NCBI GenBank assembly: GCA_025594325.1
Contig: JANHCV010000016.1
Coordinates: forward strand, 372,001-436,000
Direction of reading: 5' to 3'
DNA from: Blastocladiella emersonii ATCC 22665
Taxonomy: Eukaryota > Fungi > Blastocladiomycota
DNA length: 64,000 bases
Every line of letters begins with the position of its first letter. The first letter of the stretch is position 1. Shown here piece after piece: positions 43,536-55,861 of this stretch. The notes below the pieces were generated by a model that searched no databases, was not told the DNA's origin, and saw only the letters and a list, made by a program, of their open reading frames with translations. Made by a program: the position numbers and the translations under genes.

Positions 43536-46500
43536 ATGGCCCTCGTCGACATCTCGCTCAACCTGTCGCTGTGGCCGCCCGATGACCTGCTCGTCGCCGT
43601 GGCCGCCGTGTGGTACCTGTTCTGCGTGCTGGTCATGGTGGCCGGCATCGTCACCAGGTGCGTTTCCTCCGCGGGCGGGACGACTGAAACGCGACGTGGT
43701 GCGCCACACTCACTCCCTCCGCGCTCGCCGAATCTAGCTACGTCAAGTACAACCCCGAGAACTGCGCCGCAGACCCGCCGCTCGCCACGCTGCCGCCGAG
43801 CAGGCCGCGGAGCCGCGCGGGCAGCGTCAGCGGGAGTGGTAGTATACGACCGCAGCAGCAGCCGTCCGACCCCAACCACCACCACGGCCTGCCCAAGGTC
43901 ACGATCCTGCGCCCGCTCAAGGGCATCGACTGCAGCATTGAGCGCAACCTCGATGCATGCTTCCACCTCGACTACCCGCGCGACTGCATCGAGATGATCT
44001 TCTGCGTCGCCGACGACCGCGACCCCGTCCTCCCGCTCGTCAAGCGCGTCATGGACACGTACGCCGCCGAGTTTGACGTCAAGCTCTACGTCGGTACGCT
44101 GCGCCTGCCCTTGCTCCTTTGAGACCAAACTGACGCTTGACCACCGCATCGCGTAGGCGAGCAGGACATTGGCATCAACCCAAAGATCCGCAACCTGCTG
44201 CGCGGGTACACGGCGGCGCGGCACGACATTGTGTGGGTCCTCGACAGCAACGTGTGGGTGGCCCCGCCGACTCTGCGGCGCAGCGTGACGGCGCTCCTCG
44301 ACCCGCGCATCGGGCTCGTGCACCACCTGCCCGTCGGGATCCGCGCGCACTCGCTCGGCGCCGAGCTCGAGGCCGTGTTCCTGAACGTGGCGCACGCGCG
44401 GCTGTACCTCGGCATCAACTGGCTGGCGCCCTCGTCGTGCGTGATCGGCAAGTCGACGTTGTTCCGCCGCTCGGACCTCGCGCTGTGTGGCGGGCTCGGC
44501 AGCTTCGCCAAGTACATGGCCGAGGACAACATGATCGGCCAGGCGATCTGGGACCTCGGCCTGCGCCACGCCATGACGCCCGACCGCGCGTGGCAGACGC
44601 TGGGCAGCATGCCCGCCCGCGACTTTTTCGCCCGCCGCCAGCGCTGGGGACGGATCCGCAAGTACACGGTCCGCCTCGCCACCGCCGTCGAGCCGCTCAC
44701 CGAGTGTCTCGTGCTCTCGGCCATCTTCGCGTTCGCGCTCCGCGGCATCCTCGCCCGCGTGTTTGGCGTGCCGCCGCCACCCTTCGCCGCTGCCTGGCTC
44801 GCCCATGTCGCTGCGTGGCTAACTGCCGACTGGGGCGTCGCGCGCAACGTCGCGGGCAAGGACGCCAACATGTCGTTCCCCGCGTTCCTGCGCGCGTGGA
44901 CCGTCCGCGAAGCCTCGGCGCTCGCCACGTATGTCTGGGCCGTCGCTGGATCGACGGTCGCGTGGCGCGACCTCGAGTACGAGCTCCTGCCCGGCGGCAC
45001 CGTCGAGCTCGCCAGCAAGCAGAAGCAGCAGCGCAAGGACACGCCCGCGCTCGAGTTGCAGCAGCAGCAGCAGGTCAAGAAGTCGGGCCGCATCGGGCAC
45101 AAGCCTACGGACAGCGGTGTCGCCGAGTCGCTCGGTGTCGGGCTCGTGCACCTCCAGCGGAAGCGGCAGCAGCAACAGCAGCCGCTCGTCGTGGTCTCGG
45201 TCCGCGCGCTCTCGGCCGCCATTCCGCGGATCCCGCCGCCGCCCGCATCCGTGGTCCGCGTCGGTCTACCCGTCAACTCGGCGGCGGCCGTCCAACTCTC
45301 GGGCGCGGTGTCCCCGAGCATCAAGGCCGCCATCGCGGCCACCGTCCGCGCCGCCGCGGCGGAAGCGAAGCGGGGCGGACCAAGCGCACCACCGCGTGTG
45401 GTCAAGCGTAACTATGCTGTAATTGCGGTCGCTGCGCTCGCCGGCGGCGGGGCGCTACTCCTGAGCGCAGCCGTCGGTTTCCTGCTCTCGTGCCTTTTCC
45501 TGACCGTGCAACTCTTCCGACTGGCGTGGATGCGGGCCACCGGCTCCCCGGTCCCGGCCGGGTACCCGAGCGCCGCCGCCTGGGTCACGTCTATCGACAT
45601 GATGTTGCCGCGCCCGTCCCTCGCCCTGTCGCTCACGCGCCTCGCCACCATGCCTGGTGCCGTGGGCTCAATCGCCCAGCACTTTTACTTCTTGTACTCC
45701 ATCTGCCCGTTCTCACTCGTGGAGGCGATTATGACTGGCACCACGACCCTGCCGCTAGCCACCGCTCCTCAACAGAGTCCCGCCGCCTCGCGCCTGCCCG
45801 CTCCCGTACCTGTTGTCGCACCCTCACCTATCGCGGCCTCGATCACCCTTCCTCCCCTCGTCACCACGGCCGAGGACACGGTCCCGGTCCGCACCGTCTC
45901 TCCGCCCGCGCAGGAGCCGACGCCGCCGCCCGAGGCCTCGGCCTCTGCACCCGCACCCGCGCCGCTGCTCGTCGATTCTGCGGCCGCCACCCTCCTCGCC
46001 TCGGTCCCCGCGTCCTCGCTCGCCTCGCCGCCGCCGTCGCCCACCGTCGCTGCGAGCGACGACACGGCGCTGACCCCGGCCGCGCTCCCGTCGCTCTCCC
46101 CGTCCGCGCCGCCATCGCCCGCGCCGCCATCGCCCGCGCGCTCGTCCTCGCCTGCACCGGTGTCGCCCAAGAAACGCCCGTCGTCGGCGCGCGTCGTCCG
46201 CCGGCGCAAGGGCTCGTCTTCGTCGTCCAAGACGCTCGTGATGCTGCCCGCGACGCCGACCACGTCCGACGCGTTCACGGTGCAGCCGGCCTCGGCGCCC
46301 GTCGTCATCGTCAGCCCGCAGCGCAGCAGTAAGATCGGGCAGCGGCACGATGCCGGGCTGGGAAACTCGCGGGTGCGCGACACGGCGGCGGCACGGCGCG
46401 AGGTGCGTAAGGTGCGACGGTCGAGCGCGAGCAGTAGCGCAACGTGGACCACGACGACGACCTCGGACGCCGACACCGAGTGCAAACTCCTCGAGTCCGT

Positions 46501-46633
46501 GTGCAGCGGGAGCAGCAGCGGAGCGCAGGTCGCCCGCTCGCTTGCCGGCTCGCAGTCCTCGACGACGTCGACGGTGTCCGCGGCCAGCGCCGAGGTGCAC
46601 TCTGGTGCGACGGCGGGGTCGTTTGGCGTGTAA
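43536..46633 (+). CDS. Ceramide glucosyltransferase (GT21) with long C-terminal extension; 3 exons
   Basis: N-terminal TM; VTILRPLKGID, INPKIRNL, WVLDSN, AEDNMIG, RRQRWGRIRKY. Introns 43658-43737 and 44094-44156. Confidence 0.88.
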
Positions 46634-46875
46634 GCGAGGTGCGACTGGTACTTGACGACGACGGGAATCGATTGTGGAAATATAAACCGTGGCTTGCTTT
46701 TGTACCTCGGCGGGAGACGGGGAAGGTGAAAAAGAGACGCGTCGCGAAATGGCGTGACGCGCATGCTCACCCGAAACGCGACGCGTCGGGCAATCGGAGA
46801 CGCGTCGTTCACCACCAACCTCGCATTCAGCTCGACGAGCAACACACACCAGTGCATGTAACGGACAGACACACG

Positions 46876-49800
46876 ATGCAACGAGCCGCGGCGCCATCCT
46901 CGCCGTCCCGCGTCGGGAGCGGCAAGTCGCTTTCCGTAAGTCTGCGGTCCGACCCGACCAAGCTCTCGGACCCGAGCTAACGACCGCATGCCGTATAGAC
47001 GGCACCGGTCCTCGCACCCATCCCGCCACAGCCGAACCCGCTCGCGGGCCTGTCCGAGTTTGAAGCCCGTCTCGCGCGCGCCGATGCCGCCGCCGGCGCC
47101 GCGCCCAAGAGCGCCGGGGGCAAGACGGCGCCGCTGCCGCAGATCGGCACCTCGGGCGACCCTACCCCCGCGCCCACGCCTAGCGACGTCAAGTCGTTCC
47201 TCCGCGTCCGCGCGCCGCTCGACCACGCGCAGCACATGGACCTGCTGCGCTCCGAGTTCCCGTCGGACCGGGTCCAGCGCGACTCGGCCGACTACCTGCA
47301 CCGGATCAAGACGCGCAAGGCCGAGGAGGACGCGCTGCGCAAGGAGCGCGAGCGCGAGCGGCGGCGCAAGCTGCTGGCGCAGCAGCAGGCCGAGGCCGCG
47401 CGGCTCGCCGCCGAGGCCGAGACGGCGCTCCTGGCCCGCCTCGCGCGCCAGTCCAAGCACGAGCGCCGCATCGCGCGCCAGCTGCACGCCGTCAGGCACG
47501 AGAAGGAGGTCATGGCGTGCAACCGCGAGGTCCGCGAGGCGCAGTACGCCGAGCAGCGGCAGCGCGACTACGAGGACGCGCTGAGGCGCGAGTTCGAGTC
47601 CAGCGAGCGGATGCGCGCCGCGTACGCGCACCAGGCCGCGCTCCTCACGCAGCAGTACCGCGACGTGCTCGCGAAAAAGGCCGCCGAGAAGCACGCCAAG
47701 CACCTCGCCATGGGCAAGCAGATCGTGCACGAACTGCTCGACCTCGCATTCAAGGTACGCTGGCCACGCTGACCCCGCTCCCTCACGACTTCTAACGCCG
47801 CGGGCGCACAGGTCGTCGACTACATGGACCTCAACGACGGCACCGTCCCCGCGCCGCTGATGCGCGAGTGGAAGACGCTGTTCGTCAACGCCAAGCCCGT
47901 CGTGCCCAAGTACATCACGGACCCGGCCCAGGACCGCATCACCCTCGATGTCCAGGAAGGCGACTCCGGCACCGCGCTGGTCCTCGCGCCCGGCGTCGCG
48001 GCACCCGACGCGCCGCCCGAGATGTCCGAGGACGCGATCCGCTTGCTCGACGAGAACGAGTTTGAGCAGTACCTCGCCGGCGCGGGCGGGTGGACGTACA
48101 AGCAGACGTACGCGGACCCTTGCAGACATTTGAGCTTCGAGTACTGACCCCCGCACCGCGATGTAGGACCCCGCCACCGCCCAACACGAACGTGACGCTT
48201 GGCAACATCGTGTCGCACATCCTGTCTTACTCGCTCGGCATGGACCACGCGGGGACGCGCGACCGGCTGCCGCCCTTCCCGCTCAAGCTGTGCCTGCTGG
48301 GCAAGCCCTTCAGCGGCAAATCCTCCCTCGCCACGCACCTCGCCTCGCTCTTCGACGTGGCGGTCCTGAGCATCGAGTCGATCGTCGACGGCGCCATCAA
48401 GCTCGCGCAGACGGCCGCGCGCATGCCGTCATCGACGTGGGACCCGACGCTCGTCGCCCTCGGCCAGCGCGCGCGCGACGCGCTCGTCGCGGGGTCGGAC
48501 CTCGACGACGCGACCGTCGTCGCCCTCGTCGTGCACCGCCTCCGCGCGCTGTCGTCTGCGCCCAACGCGCCAGGGTGGATCCTCGTCGGGTTCCCGCGCA
48601 CACGCGCGCAGGCCCAGATGCTCGACCGCGAGCTCACCGGGTACGAGGAGCCGAAACCTGTCAAGCCCGGGAACATCAAGCGGATCCCGGGCAGCGCCAG
48701 CGGAGGCGCGGCAGCGAGCACCTCGACAACGGCGGCCAACTCGTCCTCGGGCGCCGCGGCCGGCTCGGCTTCCGCCGCTCTCTCGTCGTCCGCGGGCGCC
48801 GCCGCGGTCCTGGCCCACGGCGCGTCCGGAGCGAGCTCCGTGAACCTCGGCCCGTCGCCGTCGTCCGCGGGCGCGTCACGGCTCATGGCCAGTGGGGCCG
48901 CCGACAGCGCCAGCAAGCGCAAGTCGCTTATCACGCCCGACGCGGGCGGCAGCGATGCGGGGAACGCGGCGCCGCTCAGCTGTTTCGACGTGGTCATCCT
49001 GCTGCAGGTCGACAACGCGGTCGCATTCAAGCGCGCGGCTGGACGACGGGTCGACCCGATGGACGGGACCGTGTACCACATCGACTTCAGCAAGCCGCCC
49101 ATGAACAAGATGGTACGGAGCAGTGTTGCGAGTGTGGGATGCGTGGGTCCTGACTGCGTGGTGTGTAGGAGCGCCTCGTCCCGCTCGACGCACACGACGA
49201 GAGCCAGGTGCACCTCAAGGTCGCGCTGTTCGAGGAGGAGGAGCCGCGGCTCATCGAGTGGTACTCGCGGTTCAGCAACCTCTCGGTCCGTCCTCACTCC
49301 CTCCTTCCACCCGCCGTCGTCACTAACCCACCTCGTCATCCTAGATCGTGAGCGCCAACACGACCCTGGACGCGACATGGGCGCTGCTCGAGAAGCCCGT
49401 CATGGAGGTCCGCAACAAGAAGATCAAGCTGCTCGAGGAGGCCATGGCCGCGCAGGAGCAGCTGCAGCTGCAACTCCAGCTCCAGCAACAACTCCAGCAG
49501 CAGCAGGCCCAGCAACAGCAGCAGCGCGCCACGTCCCCGCCCCCGCCGTCGGCGACCGGCGAAAAGGGATCGACTACGAGCCCGGGCGGCGGCGTCGGCG
49601 ACGAGAAGAGGTCGTCGTCCCGCGTCGCGTCGGCCAAGTCGCGCTCGTCCTCGGCGCGAGACCGCAAGACCAACCCCGCGGCTGGTGGCGCGGCGGCTCC
49701 AGCGGTCGTTGGCGACGCGGCCAAGCCGGCAGCGACGGCGGCTGCGGTACCCGTCGTCGTGGCTCCCGATGGCGCCGGCGGCAACGCAGGCGACCCGAAC

Positions 49801-52742
49801 GCGGCCTCGGCCACAGCTGCTGGTACCGCGACGACCGCGCTGGTGCCCGCCAAGGAGACGAAGCGCGAGCCGTCGCCGCGGCTGCTGCACGTTCTGGCGG
49901 ACGAGTGGGCCGTGATCGAGACGGCCTTCACCAACACGCTCAAGTTCCTGTTCCGTTCGCTGCGGCGCGAGCGCGAGACGCTGCTCGTGTACTTCCACGA
50001 CGTGAAGCGGCACTTTGAAAAGTACGTGACGCGGCCCGACTCGAAGCAGGACGTGCTGCGGTCGTTCCAGGACGACTTCAACCTGCTGGAAGACGACCTG
50101 CGCGGCGATGCCGAGGCGAAAGCCGAGCTGCACCACCGCACCGAGGACATGCGCGACAAGCTGTGGGCCATCAGCGACGAGCGCAAGGAGCAGGCCGAGG
50201 CCGAGCGCACCGCCATCATCACGAGCCACTTTGTCGAGGACCACTACCTGCTCGTGACCGACGTGTACATAGCCATGATGCAGTGCGAGCTCGACCGGTT
50301 CCTCATGACGCGCCACCTGCTCCTCGACTACGCCCGCGACACGCAGCAGCTGCTCATCGACGACGCCACCCTGCGCACCTGCGTCCTGCCCAAACCCACG
50401 CCCGCCACCGCCGAGAACCCGCTCAAGCTGTCGCCGTCCATGCTCAACATCAAGCGCGAGCAGAGCGCGGGAACCAAGGTCAACAAGGTCCTGGCCGTCG
50501 ACAACGCGGGCGGCGGCGGGAGCGCGGCCGCGGCCGCCGCCAAGGGCCGCCGGCAGACGTCGGCCACGGGCGCCACGCTCGGGATCGGCGGCGGAATCGG
50601 TGCCGCGGGCATGGCCGGCAGCTTCATGGGCCTGCCCAAGCTCGCGTCTATTGCCAACGAGGACAACCCCGAGAACCTCATGTTTGTCGACCTGTACCGC
50701 GCCGTCGAGACCGCGTTCAACTTCCTCAACGGGCTCGAGGAGGAGGACAGCAAGACGCGCCGCGACGGCGGTGCCGGTGGTGGCGCGGCGGCTGGCGGTG
50801 GCGGGAAGCGCGACAGCGGACGCGCGGGGGCCGGCGGTGCCGGAGCTGCGAGCACGGCGGGCGCGGCCAAGGGCGGCGCACCCGCTCCCGCCGCTCCCGC
50901 GGTCGTGCCCCCGGCGGGCGCGGCCGGCGCGCCTGGGACGGAAGAAAAGGCCGAGGTCGAGCTCAATCCCGAGTACACGCAGGCGCTGCAGCTCGAGCTG
51001 GCGACGGTGCAGGCGCGGCTGACGCGGATCGTCGAGGTCGGGTGCGACCACCTGCGCGAGATCCGCGCGCGCGCCGTCGAGGTGTTCACGTACCTCGACG
51101 AGTGCGTATCGGGGTCGTTCAAGGGCGAGATGGCCGCCATCAAGGAGGTGGTGCAGCTCATCAAGCAGGCCATCGAGCTCGAGCTCAAGCTGCCCAACGA
51201 GCTGCTGCTCAACGGCCAGGAGTTTGCCGTCGACTACGCGTCGCTCACGTACGAGCCTGAGCCCGAGCCTCGGCCGCCGAGTCCGACCGAGACCATGTGT
51301 ACGTTTCACTCGTTGTTGTTGCATCGTGGAGTCGCCCGCTGACCATGCCCGCCTCGCGCGCATAGACCCCGACCGGTTCACGGTCCAACAGCTCGCCAAC
51401 ATGAGCGTCCAGCTCCGCGCGATTGCGCGCGGCGGCATGCTCACGTCGCGGCAGTTTGCGGACCTCATGCACCGCTTCACGGTGATTCCGGTACGTGGCC
51501 ACCACCCCTACCACCACGGCCAGCGCACTGACCCGCCCACGCTAGACGGGATTCGAGTACCTCCCGAACTCGCTGCTGCACCCGAGCGAGACGTTTGCCG
51601 AGATCATGAACGCGCTGGACCCGCACGACACGGGGTTCGTGTCGTGGCGCAAGTTCATCCTGTTCGCGACACGCGTGCTGCCCGCGCCCTCCGCGCAGAT
51701 TGCGGCGCTCCACGAGGTCGCCGCGAACAACCCCCACGGGTGGACGTGGACCCGCGACACGTTCATGTCGACCAAGCTGTGGTTCGAGAACGACGACCTC
51801 GGCGAGTCGACCGGGTCGCGCGGGTTCAATCGCGCGCTCAAGGTCAAGCACCTGCTGTTCGGTACACTTAGGTGCGCGTGCGTGGTGGGGACCTCGAACT
51901 GACTTTTGAGGACATTTAGACGCGTTTGCGATTCGGTCGGCGACGAGCGAGCCGTACGCTTCGCCGCCCAGCGACGGCACAGCGGACGCGGTCGATGGCC
52001 ACGCGTCCCCGACCGCGGCCACCGAGCCTCCGGCCGCCGACGCCCCCGCTCCAGCGTCCAGCACCGAGCCGGCGGCCACGGCCACGGCCGACCACGTCGA
52101 TTCAGCGCAGTCGCAGGCTACCACTGCTCCCGCTCCCGTGTCGGCCGACAAACCCAAGTCCGCAATGGGCTCGACGACGGCCGTGGACGCCGCCGCCGAG
52201 ACCATGGACGCGCTCGACTTTGCGCTTCTGTGCTGCTGCGACCGGAACCCGCGGCACGGGCTCGCCAAGGCGTTCCAGGTGTTTGGCGGGAGCGTCACGC
52301 AGGCCGAGCTCGCGCGGATCCTGACCCACACGCTGGTCGCGGACCCGATCTTCCCGCTGGTGCGTGGCCGCGGTGGTTACGGTGGCGGCGACGCGTAGCT
52401 GATCGTGTGGAATGTGTAGCAACTCCTCGACAAGGTGTACGCGGCAGCTGGCGTCGACCCGGCCACGGGCCGCATCTCCATGGACGACTACGTCCGGCTG
52501 ACGGGTCCGCACGTCCGGCCCGCCGACGGGACCACGCTCCCAGAACCGTCAACGACGCCGCTGCCCGTGGTCCGGCTGTACGAGTACGAGGTACGAAATC
52601 GACGTGATTCAGTCTGACGCGACGATGGGCTAATCTGCGTCTCGTGTAGGACGATATGCTCGCCACGTCGCGCCGGCGCAGCGTCGCGGTCACCGCCGAT
52701 CCAGCGACCACGGCCGCGGTCGCGAGCGCACAGCCAAGGTGA
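46876..52742 (+). CDS. SPEF2: Sperm flagellar protein 2 / CPC1 central-pair protein; multi-exon
   Basis: RQSKHERRIARQLHAVRHEKEVM..NR..RE.QY.E.R..DYEDALRRE block; adenylate-kinase-like LLGKPFSGKS and LVGFPRTRAQA; C-terminal EF-hand-like LDPHDTGFVSWRKF. Start at 46876 is inferred (intron 46936-46998). Confidence 0.85.
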
Positions 52743-52814
52743 TGAAGCGAGGAGGAGGGAGAACAGACTGTTGATATTCTATACACACACGCAATTGAAG
52801 CACGCCCACAACTT

Positions 52815-55150
52815 TTACTCCTCCCGCCACCGCTCACCTCCGGAGACAGACTCGACCAGCGAGTCCATGGACGACGCCGACTTGAGCATCTCGTCGCTCG
52901 CGAGCTGCGTGACTGCCGCCGCCGGCTCAGCTTCTGGCGGCGCCGCGCTCTCGTCGGCAAACTCGTCGTCCTCCGAGAGAATTCCGCGCGTTGAGAACGG
53001 CCGGCCGTCGGCTGTCCGCCCGCGGCGGCCGCGGTACCAGCCGGGCCGTGGTGGCGAGATCGCGCCCGGGCGGCCTGCTGCTCCGCTCTCGTCGGCCGAT
53101 GTGCGGCCGGGGAGCCACTGGAGCGGGTTCCACCACGCTGCTTGCGGCGGCGATGGCGGAGCGGTGCGACGCGTGGGCGAAGGGAGGGTCGCGGACGGGC
53201 GTCGGACCAGCGGCGCGGACGCGGCGCGGAAGCCAGTGGTCGAAGTGCCGCCGTAGACGGTCGACGCGAGCCCCGTCACGGACGACGGTCGCTCAGTTGA
53301 TGTTGCGGACGCGCGAGCGCCGGGCAGCAGCGGGGCGGTCGGGAGCGGCGGGACGACGGACGTAGAAGTGATAGGCCCTGCGCGCGGGCGGCCGTACAGC
53401 TGCTGGAGCTGGTACCTGATGAAGAGCTTCTCGGGCGAGTCGGCCATGCGAGCGCGCGCGACGAGGAGCCAATACGCGGACGCGATGGCGGCGAGGACGA
53501 ACAGCGTGCCGAGCAGAATCACGATGAAGACGGGCTCGATGAGGACGGGCGCGATCATGCCGGGTCCGAGCACGATGGCGAGGGCGAGCACGGCCCCGGG
53601 GACGCCGACGGGCGAGACGAACGGGCGCGGCAGCGTCTGCAGGCGGCGCCGGATCACCAGGAAGCTGATCAGCTCGAAGATGTAGCTCACGCAGCACACC
53701 CACGTGCACACGACCCACAGCAGGAGCGCCGTCGTCACGTCGTTGTCGGGGCAGTAGATCGGGCCCATGCTCCCGGCCGCGGACCCGGCGTGCGCGTCGG
53801 GCGACTTGTCGTCAGCGGTCGCGCCGCGGTTCGCGCCGAGCTGGCTGATATCGCGGGACGGCAGCGCCTTGACGAGCCCGACGACGACCATCCCCGCCAT
53901 GCTGGTGACGGTGGTCGCGAGGAGCGGCGCGCCGCGGCGGGTGGTGATAGCGAGCTGCGTCGGCAGGACGCCGGCGCGCGCGAGCGTGTAGACGTGTCGC
54001 GCCGTGGTGAAGGTGCCGGCGAGGAGCGTGAGCAGAAACGGCGGGAACAGCGTGAACCCGACGACGAGGCGCATGGTCGGCGTGCGCTGGTGCAGGAACG
54101 CGCCGCGCGGGTCCGACAGGTCCGGGAAACACATTTCGGCGGCCGCGGCGGTGGGCAGCCGCGAGCACAGGATGTCGAGGGCGTGATCAAAGAGGGGGTG
54201 GCCCGACTGCGCAAACGTCGGGGCCGCGTTCGGCGGCTGCGTGCCGAGCGTCGCGGGCGTCGGCGGCGCCGTCAGGATCATGGTGAAGGCGGCGACCATG
54301 GTTACGACCAGCGTGCTGACCATGGCGCGCGGTGCGGACCGGTGAATGGTCTTGGTCTCCTCGGACACGACGGGAAAGACCTCGAACCCGACGAAGGAGC
54401 AGATGGCGAACGGGAACGCGAGGATGACGCCCGAAAAGGACACGTCGTTGAACGAGAAGCGGTCAGCGACCGAAAGCGAGGTCGCGGCCGCCCCCGTCGC
54501 CGAGGTGGCCTGCATGGCGCCGTCGTAGCGCCCGAACAAAGCGAGAACCAGGTACGCAATGACGATGACGAGGCAGTACATGGCGAGCCCGGTAACGACC
54601 TTGACGGCGAGCGGCGGGCGCGAGTGCAGCGCGAGGACGAACGCCGCAATCACGATCCAGTACACGGGCGCGGGCACCGATTCGCCAAACGGCAGCGCGA
54701 TGGTGAGCATGCTGGTCACGTTGAGCATGATGAAGGCGCCCATGAGCGTGTAGGTTAGTGCGTAGAGGGCGCCCGTGACGGCACCGGCGCCCGAGTTCAT
54801 GGCGACCTGCGCGAACGCGGCGGGCCCGCTGGCGAAGGGCAGCGCGGCGCACATTTCGCACACGCTGAACCCGACGCAGATGAAGAGGACGACGCCGATG
54901 ACGCTCGCGACGACCATGTTCGAGAACCCAAAAAGCAGGCCGACCTGTGGAGAAACACGAGGGTGAGCACTCTCCTCCTCTCGAAGAACTCGAAGCAACG
55001 TACGTTCCAGCCGGTAAACTGGCCCGTGATAATGTTGGCGAACATGATGGCGGCGAGCTGCGGCGTCGTAATGAAGGGGCGGCCGAGCTTCCGCTTGTCG
55101 AGGTAGTTGGCGTCGTGACGGTCCTCGTCGTGGTGCGCGAGCCCTGCCAT
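52815..55150 (-). CDS. APC-family permease, bacterial ethanolamine-permease (Eat)-like, paralog A; 2 exons
   Basis: YLDKRKL..., ITGQFTGWN, EMCAALPFASGPAAFA, GFEVFP.VSEE, LPRPFVSP; about 12 TM. Intron 54945-55003. Confidence 0.85.
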
Positions 55151-55861
55151 CTGGGGGCGAGGTTCGGGGAGGGTATAGCGGTCGTTGGCAGGGACTGGTT
55201 GCGCCAGGTTACAACGTAAGATACATGAAGGGCACGCCGTGGTGCGTGGGTGAGCAGCCGAGCCGAGCTGAGCCGAGCCACCGCCTGCCGCCAACAAAAA
55301 TCGGCTCGTGATGAAAAACCCTTGTCGCGGGCATTGCGGCGCAGGCGGCCAGAGCTTAAGCGTAGCTTTGCAACCCCTTGTGCCCCGTCGCGGGGAAGCG
55401 GGCGCGTCGCGGCGCGTCCGAGGCCCTGGCCGCGTCCAGCAGCCGCTGCGGGGAGCAGGCTGCCCTACCATCCGGTCCCCGAGACGAACGACGTACGTGG
55501 AAGCGCGATCTCGTCGCTGCTGTCAATAGTCTAGGGACCCAGACTAGTGTGGGAGAGCGAGGATGCCCGAGGCCTGAGGCCGACGCCAAGGCCGCCGAGG
55601 CAGCAGCCCGCTCAGACCCGAGACAGCAGCACCGACATCCTCCTCCTCGCGCACGCGAGTTTGGCTGCCGTCGTTGCATCACGGCTGGCCTCGACCACTT
55701 GAGCTTTGCCGACGCGCGAGACAACCCTCGCCTTGCCTCACCTCGCGTGCTCGCTCGCATTCTTCCGACGGCCGCGAACCTCGCAGATCCAGCCCTCACG
55801 GCATTGCGACGCGTGGCACGTGCTGTGTATCAAGGTGTATATATGTTCAAAATTGGTGCCG

